From: Tubiluchus corallicola
Taxonomy: Eukaryota; Animalia; Priapulida
Direction of reading: 5' to 3'
DNA: 64,000 bases
Assembly (NCBI GenBank): GCA_030141605.1
Contig: JAQGDQ010000153.1
Coordinates: 1-64,000, forward strand
Part shown: one piece after another, positions 13,237 through 26,300 of the stretch
How positions within the stretch are numbered: the stretch's first letter is position 1
How the letters are laid out: every line of letters starts with the position of its first letter
Notes under the pieces: generated by a model
What the model was told of the DNA's origin: nothing
The model's input: only the letters and a program-made list of their open reading frames with translations
The model's database searches: none
Made by a program: the position numbers and the translations under genes

Positions 13237-13483
13237 TATCAAATCCACGATGGCCACACACTGCTCATGTAAAGTTGTGTGTGCTTATCCACACAGCTAT
13301 GAATCCATCTGTGTATGGAGTATCGAATCCACGATGACCACACACCGCTCACATAAAGTTGTGCACGCTTATCCACACAGTTATGAACCCACCTGTGTAG
13401 CGAGTATTGAATACACGATGGCCACACACAACTCACAAAAAGTTATGTGCACTTATCCATGCAGCTATGAAACTCGCCTGTAG
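13237..13483. repeat. Minisatellite, 84-bp unit x ~3
   Basis: Units start at 13237 (TATCAAATCCACGATGGCC), 13321 (TATCGAATCCACGATGACC) and 13405 (TATTGAATACACGATGGCC). Confidence 0.9.
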
Positions 13484-16400
13484 TGTATATTTGTAAATTT
13501 AAGTATTTCAGTATTTTTGGGAAACGACTGATTCATTAATTTGTGGTAGAATGATAAACCAATCGTGTGCCTTCCACTAATCATTACTGTATTGTAATAA
13601 GAAATGGAAGTTATGCAAAAAAATTTATACTGTAGTTATACCTTGTACAGCACTGTACTTCAACTGAACTGGTTTATGTTTCTGCAATGTTAAATGCACC
13701 TCTTTTCTTAAATCATTTTTGCTTTATTGCTTTTCTTAATAACTCTATCAGATATAATTTTTTCCATTTTCCATTTCCGTGCAAATTGATCTATCTGTAT
13801 TTTCAATCTATGTACATGAATCAAGAAATCAAACTACTTTTTATATTATACAGTACTGTTACTCTGAATTAGCAGCCTAGGCAGATTAAGTTAGATTTGG
13901 AAGGGTATCCGCATGTGTAATGCATTCCCCAAAATGGTAAAAGCTTCCCCTAAACATGTCTTAAAAGTATCAAAATTACTCGAATTGTCAAAAAAAATTC
14001 ACGTTAGGGTGGATCTAGGCATAAAAGAATGAGGGCGCAACAGGGAAGATGAGAACTAGCGAGATGTCATGCAATACAGTTATATTCACCACCTCATACT
14101 TTAAAAATTAAATCCGCCTTTCTACTTGCTGCGGTGTTTGCTTTACTTATTTTTCTTGCAAAAATTTTTGTCACTTTAGTAATTGACACCATCGTGGAGG
14201 GAATCTGCTGAAATAGTGAGGTTGCACAGCCCCAGCGTTGAGTAATGCTCAGCAAGCATGAATGAGCATTGAGCATGTTGCCAAGAGCAAACATTTCATA
14301 GGAAAGCTCAAGGTTGGCACGTTGCTATTAGTGTTGCATGATGGATGGATTAATAGACTAGTTTAAAATGCGAAAGTGAAAGTGTTAAATAAAGTGAATT
14401 GAACAGGATATACTGGGAATAGGGTTTGTACATTTTCAGTAATATAAATTCGGTGTTTTAATTGCAGTTACTGTTATGGATATTTATGTTATGCTACAGC
14501 CTACTGCAAATTGTGGTGATGATGATGGTAGTGTGGTGATGTTAGTCACTACATTAGCAGTGATAAACTGATAAAGTTTTGTAATGACGTAGTACAAGAT
14601 TAATACAGAGAAGTGTTCACTGCAGTCATCATTTGACTTGATCAGAGCAATTATTATTATCAGTAGCAAAGCAATAATCCATTATGCAAATCTGTCTATT
14701 TAAAGTTAATGTGTAACTTTTAGCTATGATTATTTAAACTGAATAAACTGAATTTGAAGCTGAATTATTATGCTATGCTTAATTTTAAATCTTTCAATTT
14801 AGTAGCAAAACTCAGCAAAATTGTTTCCAAAAATGATGCAACAAAGTAAATTACCAAAAATTATAATTTATGCTACTGACCCAAGTCAATGTTCTTTGAC
14901 TCTAACACTTAAAGAACTTGAGCATGTCTTTCAGCTATCAAGTTCATAAATCAACCCTCAAAAACCGCCGACATGTGAGAATAAAGTACAAACAGTTCAA
15001 AGTTTAAAAAGTTTATGACATTGTTTGTTATACCAATGTACGAAAAAGACTGGTATCTGACCCAGCAAAGTTTACAGTTGTTTGTCACACTTATTACATG
15101 TAGCTAGAAAGTGCAATGTCTAGCAGGAACTTAGTTATTACTCTGGAGTGTACAGTTATTATGGCATTAGATTTTAAAAAGCAAGGAATTACTCTTAGCT
15201 TATAAACAAGTGCTTTCTTCTTAGAATTTCAGATATATAAAGGTATGAAGGTTTGATTTTTATCTTAATTGTCTGCTCTTTCTTTGCCAAAGGACTAGTA
15301 TACCTCATGTGTTTTTGCCATTATTGTAATGATAAACTAGTATCATTATTCTTCTTTATTTGGTTTCATTTTATTTACTGAAAATTTATAAAAATTAACT
15401 TTTACTTTCATTTTTCTAGTCTACAATTTAGAAGCAGTTTACAATTTTGGTTTATTATTTTTATGTCAGTTTTTTTTTGTAATTATGTAAATATTTGTAT
15501 AGGGGAGATTTTATAGCCTGAAGTAAAAAGTATACTACAATAGTAATGATATAACATTGTAATAGCAGATGTTTTGTAGAGAAGGCTTTTGTGAAGAATT
15601 TTTTAGATTTTCCATGGAAAAACATATCACTAACAATAATACTTGCTTGAACACCAAAAAATCTTTTGCCAGTATTATCAAATTCTTCATAATTATAACT
15701 TTTTATTAGCGGTACGTTAATATTTAGTTGTTTTATGCTGTTTGACCTTAAATAACACGATGGTACAATACGTGCACTGTGGAGCTTATAGTCCCCAATC
15801 ATTTTTCAAAGTTAAGAACACAAAAATCGTTATCGTATCCGCCCTTAAGGAATTTGTTTACTTTCAACATTTTACAGCGCTTTGCAATAAAAGTCAGCTG
15901 TGAATTTACGTCTGTTTAGAACTCTGCCACCACCGGAAAGTGCATGCTCTTGTACTAACGTGTCATTTCATATACAGCTCTTAGTCTGTGATCTTTAGTT
16001 TTTTGCCCCGAGGTTTTCAGGGCAAACTTGTACACGGCTTAGTAATTTTTTGCCAACAGGATTGTGTCTGGTTCTTACTTCTTAAAACTCTGCTTACTTG
16101 CTATTTAAAAGTAGGTAAATGGCGTTTTTAAAGCTTAAAATTTATTGTTGTTATTGACTGCGGCGCCATGAGAGAACAAGGTTGTAATTTTAAATTTTAT
16201 CTTATATCTTGATATATAAAAAGTCTATTTATTTCTGTTGGGTTTTTCTAGGACTAACTTGTATAGTGCTAACTTCTGTGTTATATTTGCACAAGTTGCT
16301 ATAAAAAGACATGCTGTGTGTAATTTAGTAAAAAAAATAAAAACATAATTTTAAAATTGTTGTCATTTGTCTAATTAAATACAAATGGCACCAAAAAATT

Positions 16401-17316
16401 AAATTATAAGATCATCTTAAACAGCAGTTTATATTTAGTTTTTACCTAGGAATATTTTCAATGAACATTTGTTTTATCAATGTTAAGTTAATTTGAAACA
16501 ATATAATGTTTTTTCCAGTTTCTTGCCAATGGATAGCTTGTTATACGCATTACCTGTATAACTGTATATATTACCAGTACTACTTATATGCTTGAGTTAT
16601 ATACTATTAAAATTATTAATTAAACTAACAGAAACTGGAGCAGATAAAGTAGATGGTTTATTTGAAATGCTAACATGACATTATAATAATTAATGAGACA
16701 TAAAAATGAAAGAAAAATGGTAGACACATTGACGTGAGAAAATGCTGAATTGAAAAGTTGGGGTCCATCGAGTTGGGCTTTATGATTTGTGTATTTAAAT
16801 GGCTGTCTTTGTCTTTTTAAATCCTCTGTTAATCACCTAATCATTGTTTGATGTTTCGTGTATATAGGTGAATTACTTTAAGCTAAGGTTTTTATAATTA
16901 GACATGCTTTCTTGATGTTATTTAGTGATTCTGGCTCATTCTCGATCTTTACTTCATATTGTATCCTTTTATGGTAAGCTGCATAATAATGTGCACGTAC
17001 TTCTGTCTAGATATGTGAGTTTAATAACTGCCAAAGCACAAGAATACAATGGACAGTTCAATTCACGTGGCTCTAAAAATTGTCGAATTGTACTAGCTAA
17101 CTAGCTGCTACTTTATTTGCACAAAAAGTACATTCACTGTTGTTAAGTAAATTGCATCCTTAAGTTTGCTGTTTGTTTGTGCCACAGTAATACTGCTACT
17201 CTTTGAACTCAGTCACTCTATATGAAGACATGCATGGCAGCAATAACCAGCAGTGTACACATGCATATTTTCCTTATCTGATTACAGTGAGGTGTTGAAC
17301 TACAAGCAGAAAGGCA

Positions 17317-17380
17317 ATGAGCACTGAAGCCACTGTGAATTCAGTTCAGGAGAACCCAGAGCCCGATGGCTCTATTATAT
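17317..17380 (+). CDS. ARHGEF10: ARHGEF10-like first coding exon (long isoform)
   Basis: Acceptor ttacag ending at 17287, ATG 17317, [22 protein letters not shown]|GTAAGT phase 1. Confidence 0.65.
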
Positions 17381-20300
17381 GTAAGTACATGTAGAGTTTT
17401 TATGCTTTATTGCTCTAGACTACTTTTGTGTGTACATTAGCAACAAACAACAAATTTACATGCAGTCCACTAACTCCACTGTTCTACCTCTTACCCTTAA
17501 CCATCATTATATCTCGTGACCAGAAGCAGCAGTTATTTCCTAGCAGAAAGTGCCTATCAGGCACTATTAAGCCACAGATGTTTTTTTGTGTATGAACAGT
17601 AAAAGCACACTGCTTAGTTTTTAATTAGCTGGATAACTTTATCAGTTATATTTTACTTATTTATTTATTAAAAAAGCAAAATATTATATTTAACTTAACT
17701 TTTAGCACAGAATCCTATAATAAATTCATAAATAACTGATAACAGCATCACGAACCATTAGATTGACTGTGAAAAACCTGCAGCGCCAGCCCAGGGATAG
17801 AACTCGGAACCTTACATGTTCATAAATGTTGTAACTGGAATGGTGTTAAAAGAAGCCACTCAGTTTCCTAGTATTTGAAAGTGTGGAACGTGTAAGTTAC
17901 CCGCGATCCACTCACCTTGATTTCACTTTCACTGGGAGACATTATAAGGCCAATTTTCTTAATGCAGAGCAACTTACAGGAAAACGTGGTAGAAAAACAG
18001 ACCAGCTTCACAACAGTTATATTTATAGTGGTATAAGTAGACCGATTTTTAGTCTCCTGTACGGAGTATTATAATTTTTGCATCAAAAGCCTGAACCTTG
18101 TTAGCATTACTTTGATTATGTTTGCAAAATAATGATCATGATTATGACGTTAATTGACGAAGACGATGATGACAACGATAATGATGACAGCAACAACAAT
18201 AACAATAATAATAATAATCATTTAAAAGATAAATATGGAGCAGTGCTATACAATACAGGGGATTTTAAACATTACCAAACAGATCCAACCTTTAACATGA
18301 TTGTAGTGAGTAGAGGGGGAGGTGTGTTGAACTTATTACCCATTTTAGGAACTAACTATCAGCCATATCCTGGCTGTCAAGAGAGTTGTTGTGGTGGGTG
18401 AGCATTTTATTTAGGTTTAAATGATTACTTGAGAACACTTGAGGTTCAAATAAATCCCATTTTTCCATTAGTGTGCTAATCAGGCAACATCTGATATTGC
18501 ATCTTGTTTTTTGGAATATCAGTGATCATCCATTAACTCTCTTGGTTAATATCATCATCACCCATCGAAGATCTTGCATGACTAGGGCACTGCCAGATTT
18601 ACTAGAATGTCTTTACTTCACAGGGATAGCTTCATGGGAGGATACCCCAGGAAACATAAATATTTTGCCAGCACATGGAAGTTGACCTACTTTAGCACGT
18701 ACTTACTGCTTGTGGGAAATAGGTTGATTATTACAAATTATGGCTCCAGGGTATTTGAAAGCTGAAAGCAAGCCTTTCATGGGCAGATTACTGATAACTG
18801 TCTTTAAAACGTTTTGGATACTTTCTAAAATTGTTTTTATATATTCCCGTTGCAAAACATTTACTGAAAGTTTATGCATACTAAATTTTTCTGAGACAGT
18901 CGATAATTATTCCAATGTAATGCTGTAGAAAATGTGTTATTTCCTGTGAAAATTGCCATATCGCTTATATTATTCTTCATTTTGCATTTTGTCAAAAATT
19001 AAAAAAGCCCGAAACTTGTCAAGTACTGTCAAAAACCTGAAACCTGAAATATTACCTTAATTTTTTGTTTGCTAATTAACTATCATTTAATAGCTGATAT
19101 AGGTGTACTTTGTCTGTCTTTTTTTATAGTTTCTTAACATTATTTACACTTAACAGTATCTGAGAAGCCAGATGCTATAAAGGACAGTTTGGAGACATGC
19201 AAACAAAAAAGCGATCATGCTGCCAGTGGAGAGAAAACTCACAGTAGACGTCCTTCCGCCCCTCCACCTCCACCTCCCAAACCATCTAACATCGGTTCTA
19301 CAGGTGATTGCTTTGCTATTAATGGCTGGGGCTAGCTGATTATTTCTAAGTAAAACTGTAACACTATTTTCTTTCTCTTCCCTTTCTTGAACTAGTAGTT
19401 TATGTTATTGAGTCTCGGAGACTAAAGTTGTTCTTGTCAAATTTCTACCACTTTTTTACTGATTAGTACTAAACTGAATTAATTTGTTAGGTTCCAAATT
19501 GAAAATGTGAGCCAAAAAGCTTATTTTAAAGCAATTGACCTGTCATTAAAGCAACAACGAGTTTACATGCAGATAGTAGAGTACTCTGTGCACACCAGTG
19601 ACATTACTGTGATTCATGAAATTTTAAAATTTTAACTCAGAGACATTTGCAACTAGGTCCTTTAGGAGCCACACATACTAATAAAAACTCCCAATAAGAC
19701 ACAGTAATAAGAAACAATTGCAAGGAATAAGTGAGAGTGACATAGTCACAATTGACTGCTAATGTACGATATATATATATCCTATTTTATATATATATAA
19801 AACCTATTGCAGTATCGCAAAACCATAGCTGCATGTTGCAATTCATGGTTGCCTGCTTGCAATTTTTTCACTATCCTATAAAAAATTTCATCCTCTTTTT
19901 AACATTAATTGAGTCAGAACTGGCTCTTATTAATTAATACATTGTTTGTATAAGGATGCCTAAGAAGACCTAAACAAGTAATAATAAAATTGCTATTAAT
20001 TTTTTGTAAGACCTTGGTATGTTACTCTTTTGTTATACAAAGTGAGATTTTCTGTAGGCATAATTTACTCTATTGTAGGCATAATTTACTCTAAAGATAC
20101 AGTTCACTGAATCAATCCATTACAATTGCTGCATCCTACATTTAATTGTGATTTTTCAAAGCAAACTTCTGCTTTCATCTCTTCTTTAACAGCCAGTTTT
20201 TTTGAAATCACTTCCAATTTTGCAGCTGGAGATCTAACATTCATGTTATGAGCAGTACGTAAACAAACTAGATGAATTCAAGGTTTTTGGTGAATAAGAT

Positions 20301-23300
20301 TAATTTAGCAGATAATCGTGTTTTTGAGAATATGTTACTCCTTGTTGTTGTAACTCTCACAGCTTTCACAGTATAAATGCTGTGACCATAAGGCAAGTTT
20401 AGTAAACAAATGAGTCAGGTAACTAAATAGGCCTACTTAGGGATTCTTCTCTAATATTATTGTAGTACTCAAAACAGAACATAAGTACACAACAGAACAA
20501 CACTTGTGTTCTATAGTCCTGCGGTAGTTGCCTTTCCTCAGGGCAGATTCTTTCATTTTTAAAACAATAAGTACCAATGGCACAAGACATCAGGTTTTAC
20601 ATACCTATCAAAAAGAGACCTGTAAACAGCATTTACACGTATTTGGTACGTAAAGTTATTTACCGTCCCAATTTGTTTACCCTGTTTTATATTGTTTAAC
20701 AAAAATATATAGCTTAATATGCAAAGCAAGTGCTGTGATTTCAGTGACACCAACATCTGAAGGATCTAGTCCTAGTCCCGTGCCTTGTTCTCACAATTCA
20801 CTGGAATCATTAAGGGAATTGGATGCTGGCTCAGCCACCAAAGATGATGACAATGCACAGACCTTGCAAGTACCACACGAATATGAGCATGTGAGACAGG
20901 ACAGCATATGCAGTGAGCATTCTTACGAATCACTCGAGTACACGATGAATATGGAAAGCATAGCTCCTCCACTTTTGCCACCAAGGTTCAAAGTTTTTAT
21001 ATGATTTTTTGCTGTGTTGTGTAAACTTAACAACTTATTTGTAAATGACTGTAAAATGTCATAGTTACAGCATTTCAATTTGCTTAAATTATTGATCAGG
21101 GAAATGTTAGAAAACTCAATTTAGGGATCCTGACAAATGAATGTTGCAGCTACCAACGAATGCGCAGTACAAATGCAGTGACTGGGAAGTTTGCAATTTA
21201 TTTCATTCTGAGATGCCTTATAAAAAACTGAGGTCAGAGAGTTCAGAGTTCATAATTTATATCGTCAGTTTTTCTTAGGGTGAACAGGGACTTTTAAGAA
21301 AACCCGCCTTTTAAATTTAAAGTGATTTTTACATACTATTATATATTTTAAGCTGCCAATGTGATAAAGCAGTATGCAGGTAATGTAATTAAACTTTTGT
21401 TATGCATGAAAAGTTGTCTGTCCTGAGCCTACTCTGTATTTTCCTGCAGTCGTCTCCATAAGTTTTGGAAGTAGGGTGATAATAGACTCACTGAGACCAG
21501 ATAGATGTCGCTGTGTAAGAAAACTTTTCAGGCCATCAATTAAACTGCAATTAGTTAAGCGTCGATTAGGCATGTATAATGAGCTACCCATATTTTTCCT
21601 TGCACACATAGGGCAGCGATTAATTTTTGCTTGATTGCCTGATTTTTCCTAATTTTTTGCATGTCGTGAATGCGTCATAGTGGATAAAAAAAAGACGTGA
21701 TTGTTCAAATCTCCATTGAATGCTTATTTTTAGAAAACTTCAGTGTCATTAATACTTCTTGTTGCAGAAAGAAAACCTAATGATTATAGTTGTATAGGAA
21801 ATGTAGAACTTTTTACATAGCATTAATGAAAATTGTTTAACTATTCCAGGCCAAGTTCTGATGGATATGTGTATTTCTATGGTGTACCATTTGAGCGATT
21901 CATTGCACACGACAAAAGTAATGACAGTACTCTGGTAGAAGAACCTGCAGATGTTAGTGAAACGGAACCATGCCGTTTAAATAATGATGAGTTAAAATCA
22001 CAGGAAACCATTAACTTAGAAAATACAAATAATGCAATAGGAGAAGCTGTTGATAGCGTAACCTGCAATAAAACTCTGATGCTTGAGGTTTCTGAGTCAG
22101 CGAGTGTGAAAAGTGCAGGAACCGATTCAGATTATGAGTATCGGACTTGTGAAATAAACCCATGTTATATTCCTACTTTAGTAGAAGAGAAAAATGTGGA
22201 ATATCCCGTGTCAAATGCTTCTGAATCAGTGATTTATGAAAATGTGGTGTGCCCAATATGTACGGACCGCAGCCAACTCGCCGGTGATCTAGCCAAATAC
22301 GAATTTGTCCCATGTGACAAACATAACATTCCCTTGAATAGCACCTGTGTTGAAGAAAATGATGATGTTGTGGAGGCTTCGAAGCCCAGTCAAGACGAGG
22401 GTGACACCCAGCTACAATTTCGGACAGTTAAACAGATGGTGGCTGCATTTTCAGCTACATCTGGAGTGAACGATTCTATAGGGAAATCTGTTTCTCCAAA
22501 GTTTAAGTGCAATAAGAATTCATTGAGTGATAAAATGCAAGAAAGCAATTCTAAAACTAGTGAGCCTGTTACAGAGACCCAAAGTGCAACTGAAACTGAA
22601 TCACTTTCAGAATATAAAGCATGCGACAACATACCGAAGACACCATTGCCTAGATCACAAAATCATGTTTATGACGAAGTATATGAAAATGCTCCTGGTG
22701 CTGATAGTGAAGCCCTTGTTACGTTGAATTTATATGGTGCACCTAATGCTTCCAATCGAAACAAATCCAAACGCAGAGTTGGATTTATTCTCAGAGAGCC
22801 TTCTGACAAATTGGATGATCCGAAGTCGCATACATATGAGGAACCTTTAGAAAGTCCCAATTTTCCTCATGGTGATCATTCTCCCAGTGAAGCTGATAAA
22901 TCTGTGATGCACGGTAAACCAGCTGTTGCTCCCAAATCCAATGTTTTTCAAAATGCCAGTTCAAAGAAACCAAGTCTGAAAAAGAAACCACAATCTTTCA
23001 AAGTCAAGACTTCTTCGGTGAAGGCGACTGGTTCTCATTTTGAAGAATGGCCCAGAATGTTTCCAAAGGATAATGAGGAAACCAAAGAAGTTAACGCTGC
23101 AGATTGGTCACCTTACGAAAAAACTGTACCTCTTACGAGCAATGAATCAGGTAATTTCTATTTAACCTGTTTGCAAAAACATATAAGATTGTTTAACCTG
23201 CCTTGTTTCTGTTGTCGATCAACTATGGCTTTCTGTAATTCTTTAGAGGTTTACTGTGATAGGTTCAAGATTTAAAGATTTATTTATTTAGCCAATATAC

Positions 23301-26300
23301 AAACATTCAAGCAAATACCGATTTATGCATTTCTGTAACAACTTAAGACTGTAATTTAATTATAATTACATCTATTAAAGCTCTTTTACCAAAAGCTGCA
23401 TAAATTAAAAGCCATCTCAGTAACATGATATATTTGAAATAGCATCTTATTTCAGTGTTAATGATATTATTGCTTGTGTCAATGATGGAAATAGATTTAT
23501 ACAACTGATATGCCACCATTATACATGTTATTTTGTCTTGTCTTTTCCTAGGACACATGGGCATTCAAAATTCGGCATCTTCACGGGTGCCTGACGACGG
23601 TGTACAGCGGGTATTTGACTGTCATGGATACGAATATGCCCTTTGTAACATTCCCGATTGCTCTCACCATCAGATTGGGAGACATTCGCATACCACTCCC
23701 AAACTAAGACTAGGTAAGATATTAATGCTGTTACAAACTTGTGCTCTAATTTGCTATAATATTTCTGTACGCCTCCTACTGTTTTAACTGACAGAACCAC
23801 TTTTAAGTATAGCTTTATGTCCATTATTTATCCAGCTAAAAAATTCTGTTGATATGGTTAGGGTTTCTGTTAGGGTCTTTGCTGTTCATCAGATTCTTCC
23901 ATGGGGCATATAATAGAAAAAGTTTTGCAAAATCTGTAAAAAAAGAGCTGTTTCATTTTCAACCTATAGTATTAGCTTCTAAATGCTGCTGGCAACTTCA
24001 GATGAGTTCAACTGTCAGTGGGTTAGCTAAGGGGAAAGGAGATGGCCTACTCCAGGGGCTCTTTTCAGAGGGTGGCACTTTCAATTTGATCAAGTGAACT
24101 AAAAAGTTTATTTTGTCTGAACAGTAAAAAGGCAAAACAACAGACACAATTTAATTTTCCATGAAAGTGCAACTTACAATGCTCTTCTGTCAAATGTCTG
24201 TAACAAAAAAAGCTTATGACTACTAATTTGATGTCTTTGTAACGTTTACGTAGCTTTTCCTTGTTTTCAAAATTTCTGTGCACTACACGTCTTGCATTAA
24301 CTGTGAAGTATTTTTATAATCACACTCATTCCTGTTTTAACTTTTGAAGAAGCCTCTAGGAAATATACCTTTTGAAACATGCAGAGAGAATTTATTTCTT
24401 CACAAACAAATCTTTCCAATAGTTTTTTTTATTATTTTATCAAATTATCTTAAGAATGTTTTATTGTTTTATTTAGTCATAAGTCATAGTCATAAGCCAT
24501 TTATTTCACATTACACATTTACAATAGTTTCATGTACAATATCTAGTGAAAGGGCCTGCAATGAATGTAATACAAATAACAAATACTGCACAGGAAAAGC
24601 TTCAAACACTGTTCACCTATATACGAAGGTAAATGTGTTGCGGGCAATCAAAAAGCAGGGCTTGTTAGATTGTCCCACACAGTGAAAGAAAAAAAAGTAA
24701 TGGACATAATCTGAAAATTTAAAGTGAATCGTGTGATAAAAAAAACATTAGTGCTTAAAATGGAGTGATGTAATAAATTTAAACTGTAACACAACGCCAC
24801 TAAATTTCACAAATCTAAAATTTAGATGTGTTTTTCATTCGGGGAGGGGGAGGCGTTAAACTCTCTCAAGTGTCACCCCAGGTGGCACAAGCTCTATCTA
24901 CACCTTTATACATTTTTGCAGGCTGTAATGAGGTTTCGTTAATTCTCCTCTCCCAAAAGAACAACTGGGAACAGTCTTACCTGATACTGAACATATTACA
25001 TTTGTCATCAAGGTTTCATGTTGTATTCCACAATGATCAGTTTTTAATACAGACAGTTTAACAAGAACTTTTTATAGCGCCTTTTGAACTCTTGGTAGAA
25101 TCAAATGTCTTTTCAAGTTTTTTTGAGTTTTAATTGTAGTTTTGTTTTTGCTTCTTGTCGTGCAATTTACTGTCACATAAATAAGAAAATAAGAGCTGCT
25201 AGCCTCGGTCACATAAGTATAATTATAAAGCGATTAATTTACAGGACCTGAAGGTGCAGAAGCCGAGTACGATCAATTACGAAAACAAAGGTTCAACCCT
25301 CAAGCACTTGTCGATCATCAGTATGGACACCTAAAGCCAACCACAAAAGGTAAAAGGAGTGAATTAGGAGAAAAAGTAGCAAAGCATTTATATTGTAAAT
25401 GAATGGTTTTGAGTGACTTGACTTCTTTTACATTTGGCCAATAATTTACCTGAATGCTAACAGGTAATGAAGCCGAAACTATACATGAAATTGCACCGGA
25501 AACAGGACATGTTTACTATCTCCACGGCAGCTATGAGGACAACAGCTTGCAGCAAACAAGTAAGGCAACACAATATGCAACTTACTCTGTCATTTTGTTT
25601 ATAATATGTGCATCATTTCAACTACCACGCACTTAGTACTGTGCCAGTGCCTCGTTCGTTAAAGTTGTGCAAATGCCTCTTGGTATTTTTACAAATAAAA
25701 TTCTTTTTATAATGTTAGTTTTCTAAAAGGATCAGTCAATAAAAGTTTTAGTTAGCGATCACATAAAACAATAATGATTATGAAGGAATAGTTAATAACT
25801 TTCATGTTATTAACTAATTTTAATACTCAAGAGTAATGTTGTCATTAATTCAAAGAGTACCATTGTCAGTGGGTTTTCCGTAATTGAAATAATTGTTTTA
25901 CAGATTTGTTCTCTTTGCTTTTTTAGACAGTAGTGATGTCTTTTACGATGACTTCCGTCATGATGGCATTGATGATGATGATGATGAAGACATTTATGAA
26001 GAAATACAATCGGGACTTCTCGAAAGCATTGGTACCCCATCAGCAAACTCACACTGGTCTTCTGATTTTGACTCTTCTGGATCGGTCGATAGTGGTGAGG
26101 ACATGCAAGTTAAAGGATTTCAAGAAAAAGAGGCTAGAGAGGTATGTTCTTTATTAAGACTTGCTAGTATAGTTGACATGTTAGCATATTCACCTCTTGA
26201 TGATTCTTGTTAAATCAGCCATTTGGTTTAGTAATGTTTTGATTCTAGAACTCTAGAAATTCACATTGTGAAAGGTAGAAATTTTCTTACATACCTGCAG

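Noticed and set aside
17785-17815. tRNA B-box-like motif on minus (and an A-box-like TGGCCTAGTGG near 36748)
   Set aside because: No cloverleaf can be folded; at most decayed SINE heads.
18132-18401. Poly-Asp/Asn ORF
   Set aside because: Trinucleotide (GAT/AAT) low-complexity run in an intron.
20053-20093. 20-bp direct duplication
   Set aside because: Real, but an ordinary slippage duplication with no sign of function.
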